Both the position numbers and the translations under genes were made by a program. Of a stretch of DNA of 64,000 nucleotides, positions 10,501-21,800 are shown piece after piece. Below the pieces are notes generated by a model, which saw nothing but the letters and a program-made list of their open reading frames with translations, did no database searches and had not been told where the DNA came from. Each line of letters begins with the position of its first letter. Positions within the stretch are counted from its first letter, which is position 1. The DNA is from an uncultured Spirochaetota bacterium (lineage in GTDB: Bacteria > Spirochaetota > Brevinematia > Brevinematales > JAOACQ01), in NCBI GenBank assembly GCA_963835575.1, contig CAWIGG010000004.1, positions 1,000,016 through 1,064,015 of the forward strand. Direction: 5' to 3'.

Positions 10501-11596
10501 TGTCGTCATCAAGGACAAGGATGTTTATATACTGGAAAGCTCTATAAATGAATATCCCGTAAAGATCGGCTCGTTCATCTATGTCAAGCAGGGGCAGGTG
10601 GTGAAAAAAGGCGAGAAGATCGCCGACTTTGACCCGTATAACGAAGTATTCATCAGCGAGCATGACGGTATTGTCGGGTTCGCCATGGAAAAATCCGGCG
10701 AAGAGGAAGAAAAGAATAAAAATATTCTGGTCATCTATAGCGATAAAAAGAAAGAATTGGAAAGGTTCGTTCTAGTCCACGGTACAGCGCTGGCCGTTCC
10801 CGAAGGGGACAAGGTCCGCCGCGGCGATATCGTGGCGAGAAGGCCTGTGGCCAAGAGAAGAACAAGAGACATCATCGGCGGTCTGCCGCGCGTGACGGAA
10901 CTGTTTGAATCGAGGAAGCCGAAAAACATCGCGGTCATCTCTAAGATCAACGGTATCGTGGAAGATATCGAGCAGAAGAAGGGAAAATACATCATTCTGA
11001 TAAAGGGCAGCAACGGCATAAGCTTCTCGCATGTCGTGCCGACGGGCAAGAACATCTTCGTGAGGATCGGCGACAAAGTCCAGGCGGGAGAATCGATCTG
11101 CGACGGCGTCGTCAGCTCGCATGACATCCTGAAGGTCCTCGGCTATACGAAAGTGAACGAATTCCTTCTGAACGAGATCCAGTCCGTTTACCGCCTGCAG
11201 GGCGTGGACATCAACGAAAAGCACATCAGCGTGATCATCCGCCAGATGCTCAAAAAGGTTGAGGTAGTCAACCCCGGCGATACGGAATTCATCACCGGTC
11301 AAAATATCGACAAGAGCAAGTTCTACAAGGAAAACGAAAAGATCTCCAGCCAGGGCGGCCAGGCCGCGAAGGCGCGTCCGATCCTGATGGGCCTCACCAA
11401 GGCCTCGCTCTTTACCGAAAGCTTCCTTTCGGCCGCGTCGTTCCAGGAAACGCCCCGGGTGCTCTCGAGCGCCGCTTTGAAGAGCGCGAGGGACAAGCTC
11501 GAAGGCCTGAAGGAAAACCTCGTGATCGGCCAGCTCATCCCGGCCGGCACGGGCATCAAGAACTACCAGGGAGTCAAGATCAAGATACCGGATTGA
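7514..11596 (+). CDS. rpoC: DNA-directed RNA polymerase subunit beta'
   Basis: 1360-aa ORF with the zinc-binding [23 protein letters not shown], the catalytic [12 protein letters not shown] motif, and the [17 protein letters not shown] and trigger-loop regions. Confidence 0.97.
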   Translation: MKGSTSFGAISIQLASSELIKSLSYGEVKKPETINYRTLRPEREGLFCEKIFGPTKDYECSCGKFRSIRYKGIVCDKCGVEVTEAKVRRYRTGHIELAAPVAHIWYYRIVPSKIALLLEVAPADIQSILYFEKYIVIDPGETDLEQNQVLTDEEFEEYKEKYKEAFTADTGAVAIKKILKNLDLDVLIDMLRNHVDSKLKVDKKVLKRLELAEEIRKSNNKPEWVVLDIIPVIPPDLRPMVPLDGGRFATSDINDLYRRLINRNNRLRKLKSVNAPDIIIKNEMRMVQDAVDSLFDNSRRSHPVTGNGDRPLKSLSDILKGKQGRFRQNLLGKRVDYSGRSVIIVGPNLKLHQCGLPKLMALELFKPFVMRGLVEQGYAHNIKAAKRMIETEHELVWGILENVVKGHPVLLNRAPTLHRLGIQAFEPILIEEKAIQLHPLVCHAYNADFDGDQMAVHVPLTPEAQIEAWLLMLSSRNLLNPANGKPIVYPTQDMVLGIYYLTKPEGDVPKRYKHFDNIEEIFLAIETRNAQYNQRIKFKKNGKWIETTYGRVIFNEVIPAQMEFINDTLTSKKIENLIAACYKLYGIKETAQLVDDLKTLGFKYSTIYGVTISVSDVEIPEEKYEIVEKTEKEVEKTEDNARKGLITHDEKYNQVIDLWASANEKVKKLVEAKLKESDKGFNSLYAMMDSGARGSREQIRQLAGMRGLMAKPSGEIIELAIKSNFKEGLSVLEYFISSHGARKGLADTALKTADAGYLTRKLVDISQDVVVTETDCGTVKGIDISSIKEGDEVIKPLKERILGQTVVSNIYDPRNGNLLVQANDLLDEEKTKLIEDSGIETIKIRSVLTCEAAHGVCGKCYGWDLSARSLVNIGEAVGIIAAESIGQPGTQLTMRTFHIGGTAATQLEESELKLTYDSYIVDLPENLISKEMDGLEKVIVPRKSYVRVRKIVQVFNRADIDNKKELPSLNGKEFLSEKTVFVLKDGTEVKFGKKIFVVIKDKDVYILESSINEYPVKIGSFIYVKQGQVVKKGEKIADFDPYNEVFISEHDGIVGFAMEKSGEEEEKNKNILVIYSDKKKELERFVLVHGTALAVPEGDKVRRGDIVARRPVAKRRTRDIIGGLPRVTELFESRKPKNIAVISKINGIVEDIEQKKGKYIILIKGSNGISFSHVVPTGKNIFVRIGDKVQAGESICDGVVSSHDILKVLGYTKVNEFLLNEIQSVYRLQGVDINEKHISVIIRQMLKKVEVVNPGDTEFITGQNIDKSKFYKENEKISSQGGQAAKARPILMGLTKASLFTESFLSAASFQETPRVLSSAALKSARDKLEGLKENLVIGQLIPAGTGIKNYQGVKIKIPD

Positions 11597-11607
11597 TTGG
11601 GTTTCAC

Positions 11608-11678
11608 CACGAAGACACGAAGAACACGAAGAAACACCAACAGGGTAGCACGCGAATTCATGCGAATAGACGCGAATA
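11608..11678. repeat. Two short tandem repeat blocks: (CACGAAGA-like)x3 and (CGCGAAT-like)x3
   Basis: caccacgaagacacgaagaacacgaagaaacacc and gcacgcgaattcatgcgaatagacgcgaataag read directly. Both motifs reappear in frame inside the rhs genes (37066, 37319, about 48.13 kb, 61821). Confidence 0.8.
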
Positions 11679-11739
11679 AGAAAGAATGGAGAGGTTTAAC
11701 AGGAAGGCGGGAAGAATTCTTATGTTATATATAAATTTA

Positions 11740-11765
11740 CAGGGACGCTGAATGAAGCGTCCCTG
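11740..11765. terminator. 10-bp stem hairpin between convergent rpoC and the 11802..12137 gene
   Basis: CAGGGACGCT-gaatga-AGCGTCCCTG. There is no clean U-tract on either strand, so a terminator role is only suggested by its position. Confidence 0.4.
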
Positions 11766-11801
11766 ATCTGCGTACGGGGGAATATAAATTTTGCGGATCA
11801 A

Positions 11802-12137
11802 TTATTGATTTTTATAAAAGATGAAAAATGTGTAGAAGCTGTTCCCTCTTGGAATATCGGCGCAGTAGGCTGTTTTCAATTCATAGCCTTTAGAGGCCAT
11901 ATCCAGTAATAATTTTGTAACGGAGACATATTTTATAGTCTCTCTTTTCGCAATACCGTAATCAATTTCCGCTTCTCCGGACATTTGATAGACACCCATA
12001 GAGCCAAGCCCGGCAAAGTCATGATTAAATTTAACTATGCATATTTTGCTTTCACCGTCTGCAGAGAGCATAATTAAAGGGAATAACGTTAATATGCATG
12101 CCAGGACCACAACTCTTAAAATAGATTTTTGACTCAT
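11802..12137 (-). CDS. hypothetical secreted protein
   Basis: 111-aa ORF with an N-terminal signal-like segment (SILRVVVLACILTLFPLIMLSA). A GGAGGAAT sequence lies just upstream of the ATG on the minus strand. No recognisable domain. Confidence 0.55.
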   Translation of the reverse strand: MSQKSILRVVVLACILTLFPLIMLSADGESKICIVKFNHDFAGLGSMGVYQMSGEAEIDYGIAKRETIKYVSVTKLLLDMASKGYELKTAYCADIPRGNSFYTFFIFYKNQ

Positions 12138-12546
12138 TTTATTCCTCCTAAAGTATTTTCCTGTTTTAGAATAAATTTTACTCTAACAAGCTGGATATCA
12201 TTTTCGCAGCAGTCAAATTTGTTATCGGAAAGACATAAAATCCATCGGGTATTCCTAACCGTTAACTTTAATCAGCTTCCCGGGATTTTTGAATTGTTGT
12301 AACTTAATGTATATAATACTCCGAAGATCCGGATATTTTGCAAATTAAAAAAATATTTTTATAATTCATAAATGATTTCTGTAATTAAAATTTGACCATG
12401 CGTCTTCCCCTGCAGGCTGCCTCCTGCGGTGTTACCTTTATGGGTACGCTTCGGCAAGCTGCGCATCAGTGCGGGTCACGCCGCAGGCAAAAAGAAAGGA
12501 CTGGGTGTTCGATTATTATCTGAAAAAAGAGGAACGGCAGTTATCG

Positions 12547-12586
12547 GTTGGCTATTAGCGGTTAGCAGGAAACGGATGGAAGCTGA
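12547..12586 (+). repeat. Left copy of a 40-nt direct repeat flanking the first TA module
   Basis: GTTGGCTATTAGCGGTTAGCAGGAAACGGATGGAAGCTGA matches 13450..13489 with one mismatch (A/T). Confidence 0.8.
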
Positions 12587-12691
12587 TGGCTAGAAGCTGA
12601 CAGCTAAAAGCTATATGTGGTGTTCGACTATTATCTGAAAAAAGGAGACTAGCCGTTAGCTGTCGGCAATTAATTTTCAGCAGCTTTTTAT

Positions 12692-12720
12692 TTGACAATA
12701 TAACCAAATGGTTATATTGT
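12692..12720 (+). promoter_or_regulatory. Sigma70-like promoter with embedded palindromic operator for the TA operon
   Basis: TTGACA (12692-12697), a 17-nt spacer, then TATTGT. The spacer is the inverted repeat ATATAACCA-aa-TGGTTATAT (12698-12717), a layout typical of autoregulated TA operators. Confidence 0.6.
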
Positions 12721-12736
12721 TTATAAAGGATAAGAT

Positions 12737-13090
12737 ATGAAAGTCAAATTTTATATTAATTCCGCCGGGAAATTTCCTGTGCTGGATTCTATTAATGTGT
12801 TGGGCAAAGAGGATCAAGTAAAGATCATTGGTTGTCTTGAAAATATTCAGCAATTAGGCTTTAACTGTCCCCGCGTAGAATTCAGGCAGATTGAAGGCAA
12901 ACTCTGGGAAATTAAAATCAGGATCCAAAGCGGCGGTTATAGAATTTTTTATTTATCTATTAATAAAGATATAATTGTGTTATTGCATATGTTTAAGAAG
13001 CAGGGGCAAAAAACACCGGCAAAAGATATAAAAACAGCCATGAATCGTTTAAAGGAGGTGATTGATAATGAAGCCGATTACATTAGATGA
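12737..13090 (+). CDS. type II toxin, phage Gp49-like / HigB-RelE superfamily
   Basis: 117 aa. Small basic protein with the ...WEIKIRIQSGGYRIFYLSINKDIIVLLHMFKKQGQKTP... pattern typical of Gp49/DUF891-type toxins. It overlaps the downstream HTH gene. A paralog lies at 54549. Confidence 0.75.
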   Translation: MKVKFYINSAGKFPVLDSINVLGKEDQVKIIGCLENIQQLGFNCPRVEFRQIEGKLWEIKIRIQSGGYRIFYLSINKDIIVLLHMFKKQGQKTPAKDIKTAMNRLKEVIDNEADYIR

Positions 13091-13367
13091 AGTCATCCGG
13101 GAGAATTTAAAAAATGAAGAATTTGCCATTTTATATGAAAAAGAAAAAATAATAAACAAAATAGCCTGCGCGGTTGTGGACATGAGGCAGAGACAGGGAT
13201 TAACTCAGGAAGAATTGGCTGAAAAGGCCAATACATCGCAGCCGGTTATCGCAAGGCTGGAAAGGGGAGCCGATTCAAGAATCCCGTCATTAGAACTATT
13301 AGGCCGTATTGCGCATGCTCTTGGTAAAGAAATAGTCATAGATTTTAAAACTACTTCACAGCATTAG
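13068..13367 (+). CDS. HTH (XRE-family) antitoxin
   Basis: The LTQEELAEKANTSQPVIARLERG helix-turn-helix. I prefer the ATG at 13068 over the TTG at 13062 given in the ORF track, because AAGGAGG lies 9 nt upstream. The gene overlaps the toxin stop. Confidence 0.75.
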   Translation: MKPITLDEVIRENLKNEEFAILYEKEKIINKIACAVVDMRQRQGLTQEELAEKANTSQPVIARLERGADSRIPSLELLGRIAHALGKEIVIDFKTTSQH

Positions 13368-13449
13368 TAATTATTCATTAGTCATTAAGCTTTACTTGTC
13401 CTATGGAAATATTAATTTTGACTGAAGAAATAGAGGTTAGCTGATAGCT

Positions 13450-13489
13450 GTTGGCTATTAGCGGTTAGCAGGAAACGGTTGGAAGCTGA
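13450..13489 (+). repeat. Right copy of the 40-nt direct repeat flanking the first TA module
   Basis: GTTGGCTATTAGCGGTTAGCAGGAAACGGTTGGAAGCTGA; see 12547..12586. Confidence 0.8.
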
Positions 13490-13773
13490 CAGCTAATAGC
13501 TAATTGTTCCCTCCGTTCCCGAGGCCATTTTCCTCCTGGCTTAAATCTGCAAATAAAACATCTCAATTTCAAGGCGTGTTATCCGCTATTATAATAGAAG
13601 ACTGAAGTACATGTTTTTGACACGGATGTCAAAACCGACGCATAAAGTCATTGGACGGCGAGATAAGGAGGCTATTTCAATGAGGGATCGTTTTATAAAA
13701 CCGGATAACACACATCCATACAAACAGACAGCTTAGTATGAAAATGGCCTCGACCTGTTTTCTTTCTTTAGCG

Positions 13774-13809
13774 CGATATTTCTTTCTTTTCGAAAAGAAA
13801 GAAATATCG
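13774..13809. repeat. Perfect 36-nt palindrome just outside the putative IS left end
   Basis: CGATATTTCTTTCTTTTC|GAAAAGAAAGAAATATCG; the halves are exact reverse complements. Confidence 0.85.
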
Positions 13810-13817
13810 TGATCCCC

Positions 13818-15574
13818 GATTGCCGGTCGTGGCAAAATAGTTGCCGCCGTTGCCTGTCGGTTTTTATAACATGCTTCATGGACATACGGCAGGGTTCCCG
13901 TTAAAATAAAACGGGAGAAAAAGATGGCAAGATTTGAAAAGAACAGCCTGGAGCAGGGTGAGTTCCTCGCGATCAATATAGGCGAGCAGTTTGATGAGAA
14001 TTCCAGAGAATTTATACTAAAAGAATTCATCAAAAACCGTATTAAACTGGAGGATTTCGCGGCTTACTATAAGAACAACCATAGAGGCAGAGAGATTAAA
14101 AATCCTCGGGATGTGATCTGTGCGGTACTCTACGGTTACATTACGGGAAATCGTATCAGCCGAAAGATAGAAGATTTGCTGAAAAAACACATTGGGTTTA
14201 TGTATGTTTCAAACCGGCTGAAAATTGACCATTCGGTAATTTGCGAGTTCAAGGTACTTTTTCAGGAAAAGATCGAGGAGTTGTTCAGCCAGCTTTTATA
14301 TATACTCAACGAAATGGGGTCTATAGATTGGGACATGGTAGTGGGTGACGGCACAAAGATCAAGGCCTACGCGAGTAAGAATAAGAATGTGGGAAAGAAA
14401 CATACCCGGAAGCTGATGGACACTTACCAGAAGATGGCGGAAAAGATTGTGAAACAAGACCTGGAACTGGAAGAATCTTACCGGGAAGGCAAGCTGGAGC
14501 AGCCTTATTACGAAGCGGAGAAGAAGCGGGTATCAAGGCGGAAAAAGATTTACGATAGTGTTTTGAACCAAATCGATGAATACAAAAAACAGGTAGAGAG
14601 AGGGGAAAAGACAGACGAAGAATTCACCAACCTGACTGATCCCGAAAGCAAGCTGATGTCTGGAAATCCGCATAGTGTGTTTATACAGGGATATAATTCG
14701 GCGATGATGGTCAGTAATAATGATGTGATTATAGATTTTGAAGCAATCACAACACCGGAAAAACAGCATACGGAAGAAATGGTAAAGAGGGTGGAACAGA
14801 AAAAAGCGGAATTAAAAGTTGATAAGGCTAGCAAATACCTTTTTGATTCGGGTTTTCAGGACATGGAAGAGACAATCCGGATGGTGGAGGAAGGAAAAGA
14901 CCTTTATGTGGATACGAAAGAGCGGGATTTCAGTGATAAATCACAGAAGCGAAGAGACTTTAAACTGGAAAAGATTGATGACGAATATATCCTGGGATGC
15001 CGGGGCGGCCGTAAGGAAAATGGGTATTTAGATCGAAATAACCAAAGATATACATTTTTGTATTCACGGAAGGGCTGTGAAAGATGTCCATTTTTCAGTG
15101 AGTGTTATAAAAACATCAAACCGAAAACACAGCAAAAGACAGTAATTTTCAGTGAGTTTGAATTGAATAATCGGTCTAAGATTGATGCTTATTTAACAAA
15201 ACTTTACAGCGAAGAAGGGCAAAAGATATACAACCGCAGGATAGGTAAAGAACACGTATTTTCAAACATCAAAACACAGAAGGGTTATGTTCAGACAGTT
15301 TACAGAGGTCAACGGAAAGTGAATTTGGAGCTATGCTGGGTATCCCTTGCGCATAATTTTATGAAATATGCCCAATATTTGAGAAAATAGAGAGGATTTT
15401 GTATAGTCTGAGTATCGATTATTCGAAATTTATTATTAAAATCAGCTAAGCTGACAAAATTTTTATTTGCCCGCTTATTGTAAGGGGCTGGTTTGACTCC
15501 GAAAATGAAATAACCGACAGGCAAGCTGGACAAAAGAAAGTGAACAACCTCTGGCAATAATTGCCAAGCCAATA
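13818..15574 (+). mobile_element. IS1182-family-like insertion sequence (boundaries approximate)
   Basis: A single 488-aa transposase gene. Imperfect terminal inverted structure: the left end GATTGCC..GGCAAAATAGTTGCC..TTGCCTGTCGGTT matches the reverse complement of the right end AACCGACAGGCAA..GGCAATAATTGCC..AAGCCAAT. Exact termini and target duplication were not resolved. Confidence 0.5.
13924..15390 (+). CDS. transposase, IS1182/IS5-like DDE type
   Basis: N-terminal transposase domain pattern (VICAVLYGYITGNRISRKIEDLLKKHIGFMYVSNRLKIDHSVICEFK). A Cys pair before the C-terminus (CERCPFFSEC). C-terminal GKEHVFSNIKTQKGYVQTVYRGQRKVNLELCWVSLAHNFMKY, typical of this DDE group. Confidence 0.75.
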   Translation: MARFEKNSLEQGEFLAINIGEQFDENSREFILKEFIKNRIKLEDFAAYYKNNHRGREIKNPRDVICAVLYGYITGNRISRKIEDLLKKHIGFMYVSNRLKIDHSVICEFKVLFQEKIEELFSQLLYILNEMGSIDWDMVVGDGTKIKAYASKNKNVGKKHTRKLMDTYQKMAEKIVKQDLELEESYREGKLEQPYYEAEKKRVSRRKKIYDSVLNQIDEYKKQVERGEKTDEEFTNLTDPESKLMSGNPHSVFIQGYNSAMMVSNNDVIIDFEAITTPEKQHTEEMVKRVEQKKAELKVDKASKYLFDSGFQDMEETIRMVEEGKDLYVDTKERDFSDKSQKRRDFKLEKIDDEYILGCRGGRKENGYLDRNNQRYTFLYSRKGCERCPFFSECYKNIKPKTQQKTVIFSEFELNNRSKIDAYLTKLYSEEGQKIYNRRIGKEHVFSNIKTQKGYVQTVYRGQRKVNLELCWVSLAHNFMKYAQYLRK

Positions 15575-15650
15575 CTCTGGAGATTATTATATCAAAATCG
15601 AATCGGGTCAAAATTTTAAAAAATAAATTTTTAAAAAGTCAAATATTTAT

Positions 15651-15679
15651 TTGACAGACTTAAAATTACAAATTAGAAT
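15651..15679 (+). promoter_or_regulatory. Near-consensus sigma70-like promoter upstream of the giant S8 protease gene
   Basis: TTGACA (15651-15656), exactly 17 nt, then TAGAAT (15674-15679). It is preceded by the palindrome GTCAAAT-attt-ATTTGAC. It would leave a leader of about 190 nt. Confidence 0.6.
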
Positions 15680-15875
15680 ACTTCCTGTAAACGGAGCCGT
15701 GCTCCGAAAATATTTTTGCTGAAAATTTCATTTTTTCCAGGTCGGGGGAGTATTCTTATAGAGAGAAATTGAAAAGCGGGCAGCTTAAATAACCCCGTTC
15801 ATAAGGCGGTATTATTTATGCTGCCGCTCTCTCATATGATAAATTTGTCGAAAGACAAAATGGCCGGAGAAAAGC

Positions 15876-18800
15876 GTGAAGCGGTGGGCGGTATTTTTAA
15901 TTTTCTTTTTATTCTTTTCCTGCGACAAAATGGCCCGGGACCAGGGGGCGAAAAAACCGGAAGGCCGTTCCGACAGGGCAGCCCTGACGGAAAACGGCGG
16001 CAGGCCTCTTTTGAATGAAAAAAATGAGGAAGCGGCGCGGTTTTTAGAAAAATATCCTGTACGGAAAGGGTTTGAAAACGGGAAAGAGATTATTGCGATT
16101 GGAAATGTCAAATTCACTGGAATCGGCTTCAATAGCAGCCTCGTCAAAAAAGATCCGGAAAGCTACATCATCGAAATCCGTCAATATAATGATGAATACA
16201 AAGGTTATCTTGCCAAAAACGGGATAGTCATCGGCTATTATGTCCCGGATAACGAATTGATCGTCAGATGCCCGAAGGACATTCAGGAACTCAGACGGCT
16301 CAATGGAATAAAAAGCGTCATACCCTACCAGCCGTTCATGAAAATCGCGGAAGCCGACGGCGATACCGCCGGGATAAAAAAGGCCAAGGTCATGCTGTGG
16401 GAAAAAGCGGACAGGGCCTGGTTTGAGGAATACAGCCGGAAGAACGGCGTCCGAATCATGGCAAAAGCCGGCAATGATTATATGGTTGAAACGGAAGACA
16501 TCAAGCCCCTGCTCTTTGAGGACAGGGTCCTGAGGGTGGAAAAGTACAGGGAGCCGGCCGTGTTTTCATTTTCGGCGAATGAGATTGAAAAAGTTCTTAC
16601 TATAAATAACCCGGCTTACTTAAGGGACGCTCCTGTTGCCGTTTCCGTTTTTGACGTCGGTGTGGACAGTTCGCAGAACAACCTTTCGGGCGCGCTGAGA
16701 AATGTCTTTGACACGGCCCTGGACGGCGACAAGGGCGAGTTTGTATCCCACGGCACGCATATCAGCGGCATCATCGCCGGGCGGGGTAATAACTCCATGG
16801 GCGGCGTATCCGGCGTCAACCCGGAAGCGAAGATTGATTTTTACGCCATGGGCGACAGCCTGAAGGGCCTCATCATACCGCCGTCGATGGCGGACCTTTT
16901 CAATACATCGATCAATAATAACGCATATATCGCCAATTTAAGCTGGGGAACATATGACGATGGAAACGAGGGGCGGTACCTGTCCATCAGCCGCGATATC
17001 GACGAATTCATTTATGAACACCCCGGATTTATCATAATCGCCGCGGCGGGAAATAACGGCGTCAGCATCGCGTCGCCCGCGACGGCTAAAAACGTTATTT
17101 CAGTCGGCGCCCTGGACGGGAATGCCCTGGCTTCCTACTCCCCGACTAACTTCTGTTATGACGGAAGGGTCAAGCCGGACATCACGGTACAGGGCAGCGC
17201 GGTTAATTCGCTGAACCTGAACAACGGCTACATCGTTTTAAACGGCACAAGCCAGGCGGCCGCGCTTGTCAGCGGGTTCGTATCGAAGATCTATTACGGG
17301 ATGAAAATGGACTTCGGCATCAGCCCGACGCACAGCGCCGTCAAATCCGTACTGGCCGCCAGTTCCGGGGACGCTGAAACAAAAAACGGCTACGGGTACG
17401 GCAAACTCTTCTTCAACACGCCTTTCTCAAAAAAATATTATGATATAGAGAACCTGGAAGGCCCGTCCGGCGTAATGGAATTTTCCAGATGGCTGACGAA
17501 CGGCGACGAGATCAGGGCCGTACTTTCATGGACTGACCCGCCGGCGTATGAATTCGCCCTTTACGCGCTGATCGACAATTATGAACTGGAGATCGAGACG
17601 CCCGATGGAGAGAAGATAAGGACGGGCGATCCGCTGGATAATATCAAAAAAATCACTTACCATACAACAAAGGCCGGAGTTTACTTCTTCAGGATCATTC
17701 CCGCCGGCGTCCCTCTGCCGGTCAGGGACATGACGCTGGTTGTGAGGAGCCTCGCCGGTGTTATTGAAAACCCGCCGCAGGAAACCAATCAGAACCCGAA
17801 CCCTGTTTCGGGCGGACCGCAGAGTTCGGGCAATTTGCTGGCCGATCAGGTCCTGCATGACGCTCCTTCTGATATTCAGAGCGAGGTCCAGACCATGCTT
17901 CAGGAGAACGGAAGCTCGAGCTCTCCGGCGATGAACCCGCAGAGCGGAAATAACGGCCAGACCGGCGGTGTTCCAGCCGATCCCGGCACAGCGCTCGGCG
18001 GCCTTTCCAGCGCATCGAACGCCGCGGCGGAATATCAGTTATACAGGAAATACGGAATCAACGCCTATTCCCTGCGCGGCCTTGGATTCGATGACGTCGA
18101 CTTCATCGGAGCGACTTTCAGCATTTCCAATCTGCCGGACCAGTATTTTACGGTACCGGTCAAAAGCTTTACGAATGCAAATGATACGAACGAAGGTTAT
18201 AAAAAGGTCCAGCTCAATATCCCGGACAGCTCGGCGATCCTGAACTCTTCCCTTCTTGTCAAAAACGACAATACGCAGGAGACCAACGCTGTTTCCGTCA
18301 AGTTCATCCTGGACAGCACAGCGCCCTCTTTCGGGGACCGCGATCCTTTGAATAACGGTATATTGACTTCGCCTTCAGCCTGGATCGAGATCATCGATAC
18401 ACAGAGCGGCGTGGACACAAATTTTACCGTCAGCGTGAACGGCGCGGCCCTTTCGAACGGCCAGTACGATTATAATTACGGGAATAATAAATTGACGCTT
18501 TATCTCGATAGGGTCCTTGTCCTGACGAACGTGAATATAGTTGACGTCCGGCTCATCAATGTCTGCGACATGGTCGGCAACGCGGCGCCGGCCGAGGAGT
18601 GGAAGTTCATCACATACATAACGAACAACACGACGCCTCCCGCGAAGCCGGAAGGGCTGACGGCCCATGTCTCGAACAGGACGGTATTCCTGGACTGGCA
18701 TGCGAACCGCGAGACGGATTTAAAAGGGTACAAAGTCTATCTTGTCAAGGGCGATTACAGTTCGTCAGAGCCGCTGACGGCGGCCCCTATCGCGCAGAAT

Positions 18801-21800
18801 CATTATGAGATAAACAGGCAGAATGTGGAAATCGCCGGCGTGACGGCTCTGGACCAGGCGGGGAATGAAAGCGAAACGGCCTATGTCGATGTGAGCTATA
18901 TTGATATGAATTACCCGCCGGATATTTTCATTAAAAACGTGCCGGAAAGGACTAACGGGAATGTCATCGCCGATATTCAGATACGGGATGACGGATATAT
19001 CGCCATGACGAACGTCATACTGGACGCGCAGAACCTGTACGGGACCTGGTCGAACCAGGACGGCTATTTTACGATAGACGGGAACGGACCTCATACCCTG
19101 ACGGTGATTGCCCGCGATGACGACGGGAATACCGTGACGAACGCGGTCTCGTTCGAGATCGATAAAAACGCGCCCAATCCGCCGGATTTTGTGACGTGGC
19201 AGGCGCAGAGGAAGAACGTCCTCCTGACATGGGGCGAAGTGAATAAAAACGGAAATAACTGCAGTTACCGGGTTTACCTGAATAATCAGAACCTTGAGGA
19301 AAACTGGCCTTTGAGCAATTATACAATCTCGCCGGCAGATTACGGACGTTTCTCTATAGGCGTGAGCGCCGTCGACAGCCTGGGCAATGAAAGCGCGGTA
19401 AAGTACGTCATCGCCGATACGGAAACAGGCATTGCCGTCAATATCGGCGGAACTCTTGTCAGCGGGAATATCCATGTCGAAGCGGATGCGCTTCTCGCTT
19501 CAACGCGCTATGACAGTCTCGGCGTCCGGTTAAGCAGCGGGAACAGCGTGAAAAACTGGGATTTCGCCGGCACGAATTATATCAATGAGGATTTGAGTTT
19601 AGCGGGCATACCCGACGGGGATTATACATTGACCGTCTTTGTTTCCTCAAACGGCGCGCCGGTCAATACGGCCGCGTTTAATACAAACATCACCGTGGAC
19701 CAGACGCCTCCGGTCATAGTTCTTGCCGACGGGAACATAACGAACACGGCGCCTTTTATGATCACGCGCAGCGATCATGTGGAAATGATCGTGAGCGACG
19801 CGCATTACCAGTCCTGCCTTGTGAACACGGGAAATTCGGCGCCCCTCTATTATTACACAAATCATATCGGCCTTTCCATCGCCGGGGAGGCTTATATCAG
19901 CGTCCGGGCGTCCGACGCGGCCGGCAATACGCTCGAAAAGAGCTTCCGGATCGTAAGCGATACGGAGCCGCCGCTGATCGACATCGCGTACGCAGACGGC
20001 TTTATTTTTGGAAGGATTAACGACGCTTATCTAAAAGGCTACAGCCTGTATTCCGGGATGGGGCCCGATTCCATGACAAACCTGTTCTATTCCTCCGATT
20101 TTCCCGCGGACGGGATCATCTCTTCCGTTCCCTTTGGGAGCAGTACCGTAGAGGCGGTCGCATTCGACATGGCGGGGAACACAAACACGGCTTTTGTCGA
20201 TATTCCCCAGAGTAATACAACAAACGCGCCGGACTCGATCGACGAGATCCTGGTGAATAACGGGAGCGGCGTTTACTTTAACGCCCGTTCAATAGATATT
20301 TCATTCAGGGGCAGCCTGGGCGGCTTTGTCCGCTTTGATGTCTTTCAGAATAACAATCCGCTCGTTTCCTCGGGCGATATTCTCCAGCAGAGCTATACCG
20401 TCAGCGGGCTGAACGACGGGGAATACACGCTCCGCGTGAGCGGCTCGGGGCTCTGGAAGGAAAAGAATATCGTGATCGACACGCTGGGCCCTGTTATCGT
20501 CATCGGCACCAACGCTTTCGCGGGGCAGAAGATAAGCTCCGCCGTATCGATCAATGAGCCCAACCCGGCAAACACGGAATACTGGATCATGAAAGAAGGG
20601 AGCGGCCTGGACCTGCGGCTCGCGGACCCGGACGAGCTTTTTGAACAGGGCCTGTACACCATTCAGGTCAACTGCTCCGACCTCGCCGGCAACACTGCCG
20701 AGAATACCGGGCTGGTGGAAGTCATCGACGCGAGGACGAACTGGCTCGCCGCGCACTTCACCGGCATTACGGACGGCGGATTTTATAATTCGCCCGTCAG
20801 GCTCGGCATACTGGAAAAGGACACGGCCGTACAGTACCGGGTGAACGGCCTTCCGGGCGGGGATTATCTCGACAAAGAAGGCGTCTATTACATAGATGTC
20901 TCGGCCCGCTCGCTTGTATCGAACATGATCTACACCAACAGCGCCGGCATTACTCTTGATTTTACGCCGCCCCTTATCGTCTGCTCCATTACGGACGGAG
21001 GGTATTATCCCGCGCTTCCGCCCGTTTTCATCGACGACCGCTATTTACTGGACAAAGACATCCGGATAGACGGCATGAGCTATTCGAACGGCGATATCGG
21101 CGACGGCCTTCATTCCATCATGGTCCGGGCATGGGACAGGGCGGGCAACTCGAACAGCTTCGCGGCTTCCTTTAATATAGACACGGAACCGCCCTCGGTC
21201 AGCGTCCAGCCTGCGGACGGTTCCTATACGCAGATAAATTTAACGGTCAGCGCGGACGACGGCGGCGGGATCGCCGGCATGGAATACTCCGTCAACGGGA
21301 AAAGCTTCCCGGCGAACGGCTCTTTTGACAGCGAGGGCGATTATTTCCTGACCGTGACGGCTTCCGACAGGGCGGGCAACCAGACCTCCGTTTCCAGGTA
21401 TTATTCCATCGACAGGACGCCTCCGGTGATCGCGCTGAATATAGAAGACGGCGGGTATTACGGAACAAACCTTGTCGTTGCAGGAATGAACCAGGACCTT
21501 CATCCTTCAACGCTTGATATTTACATAGACGGGTTGAAATACACCGGCTTCGGGATCAATACCGAAGGGCCGCATACCCTCCGCGCGGCGGCTTCCGACA
21601 GGGCCGGCAATTCCTCCGTGAAAGAGGCGCGTTTTATCATCGACGGGACGCCGCCTTTGATCTCTGTGAGCGGCGTCGAAAATAACGGCGCGTACAAAAT
21701 GCCGGTTTCTTATTCCGTCAGCGTTTCCGACCCGAATATCGACAGCTCTGAAATCCTTCTGGACGGCGAGACGGCGCCGATGACGGGCTCCGCCGGCACG

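Noticed and set aside
13612-13634. GTTTTTGACAcggaTGTCAAAAC hairpin as a sixth member of the H1-H5 family
   Set aside because: Here TTTTGACA pairs with its own complement. There is no outer 17-bp stem and no CGCA loop, so the resemblance is superficial.
13677-14033. 118-aa minus-strand ORF overlapping the transposase start
   Set aside because: It overlaps the IS end and the transposase N-terminus, is low in complexity, and has no RBS or motif.
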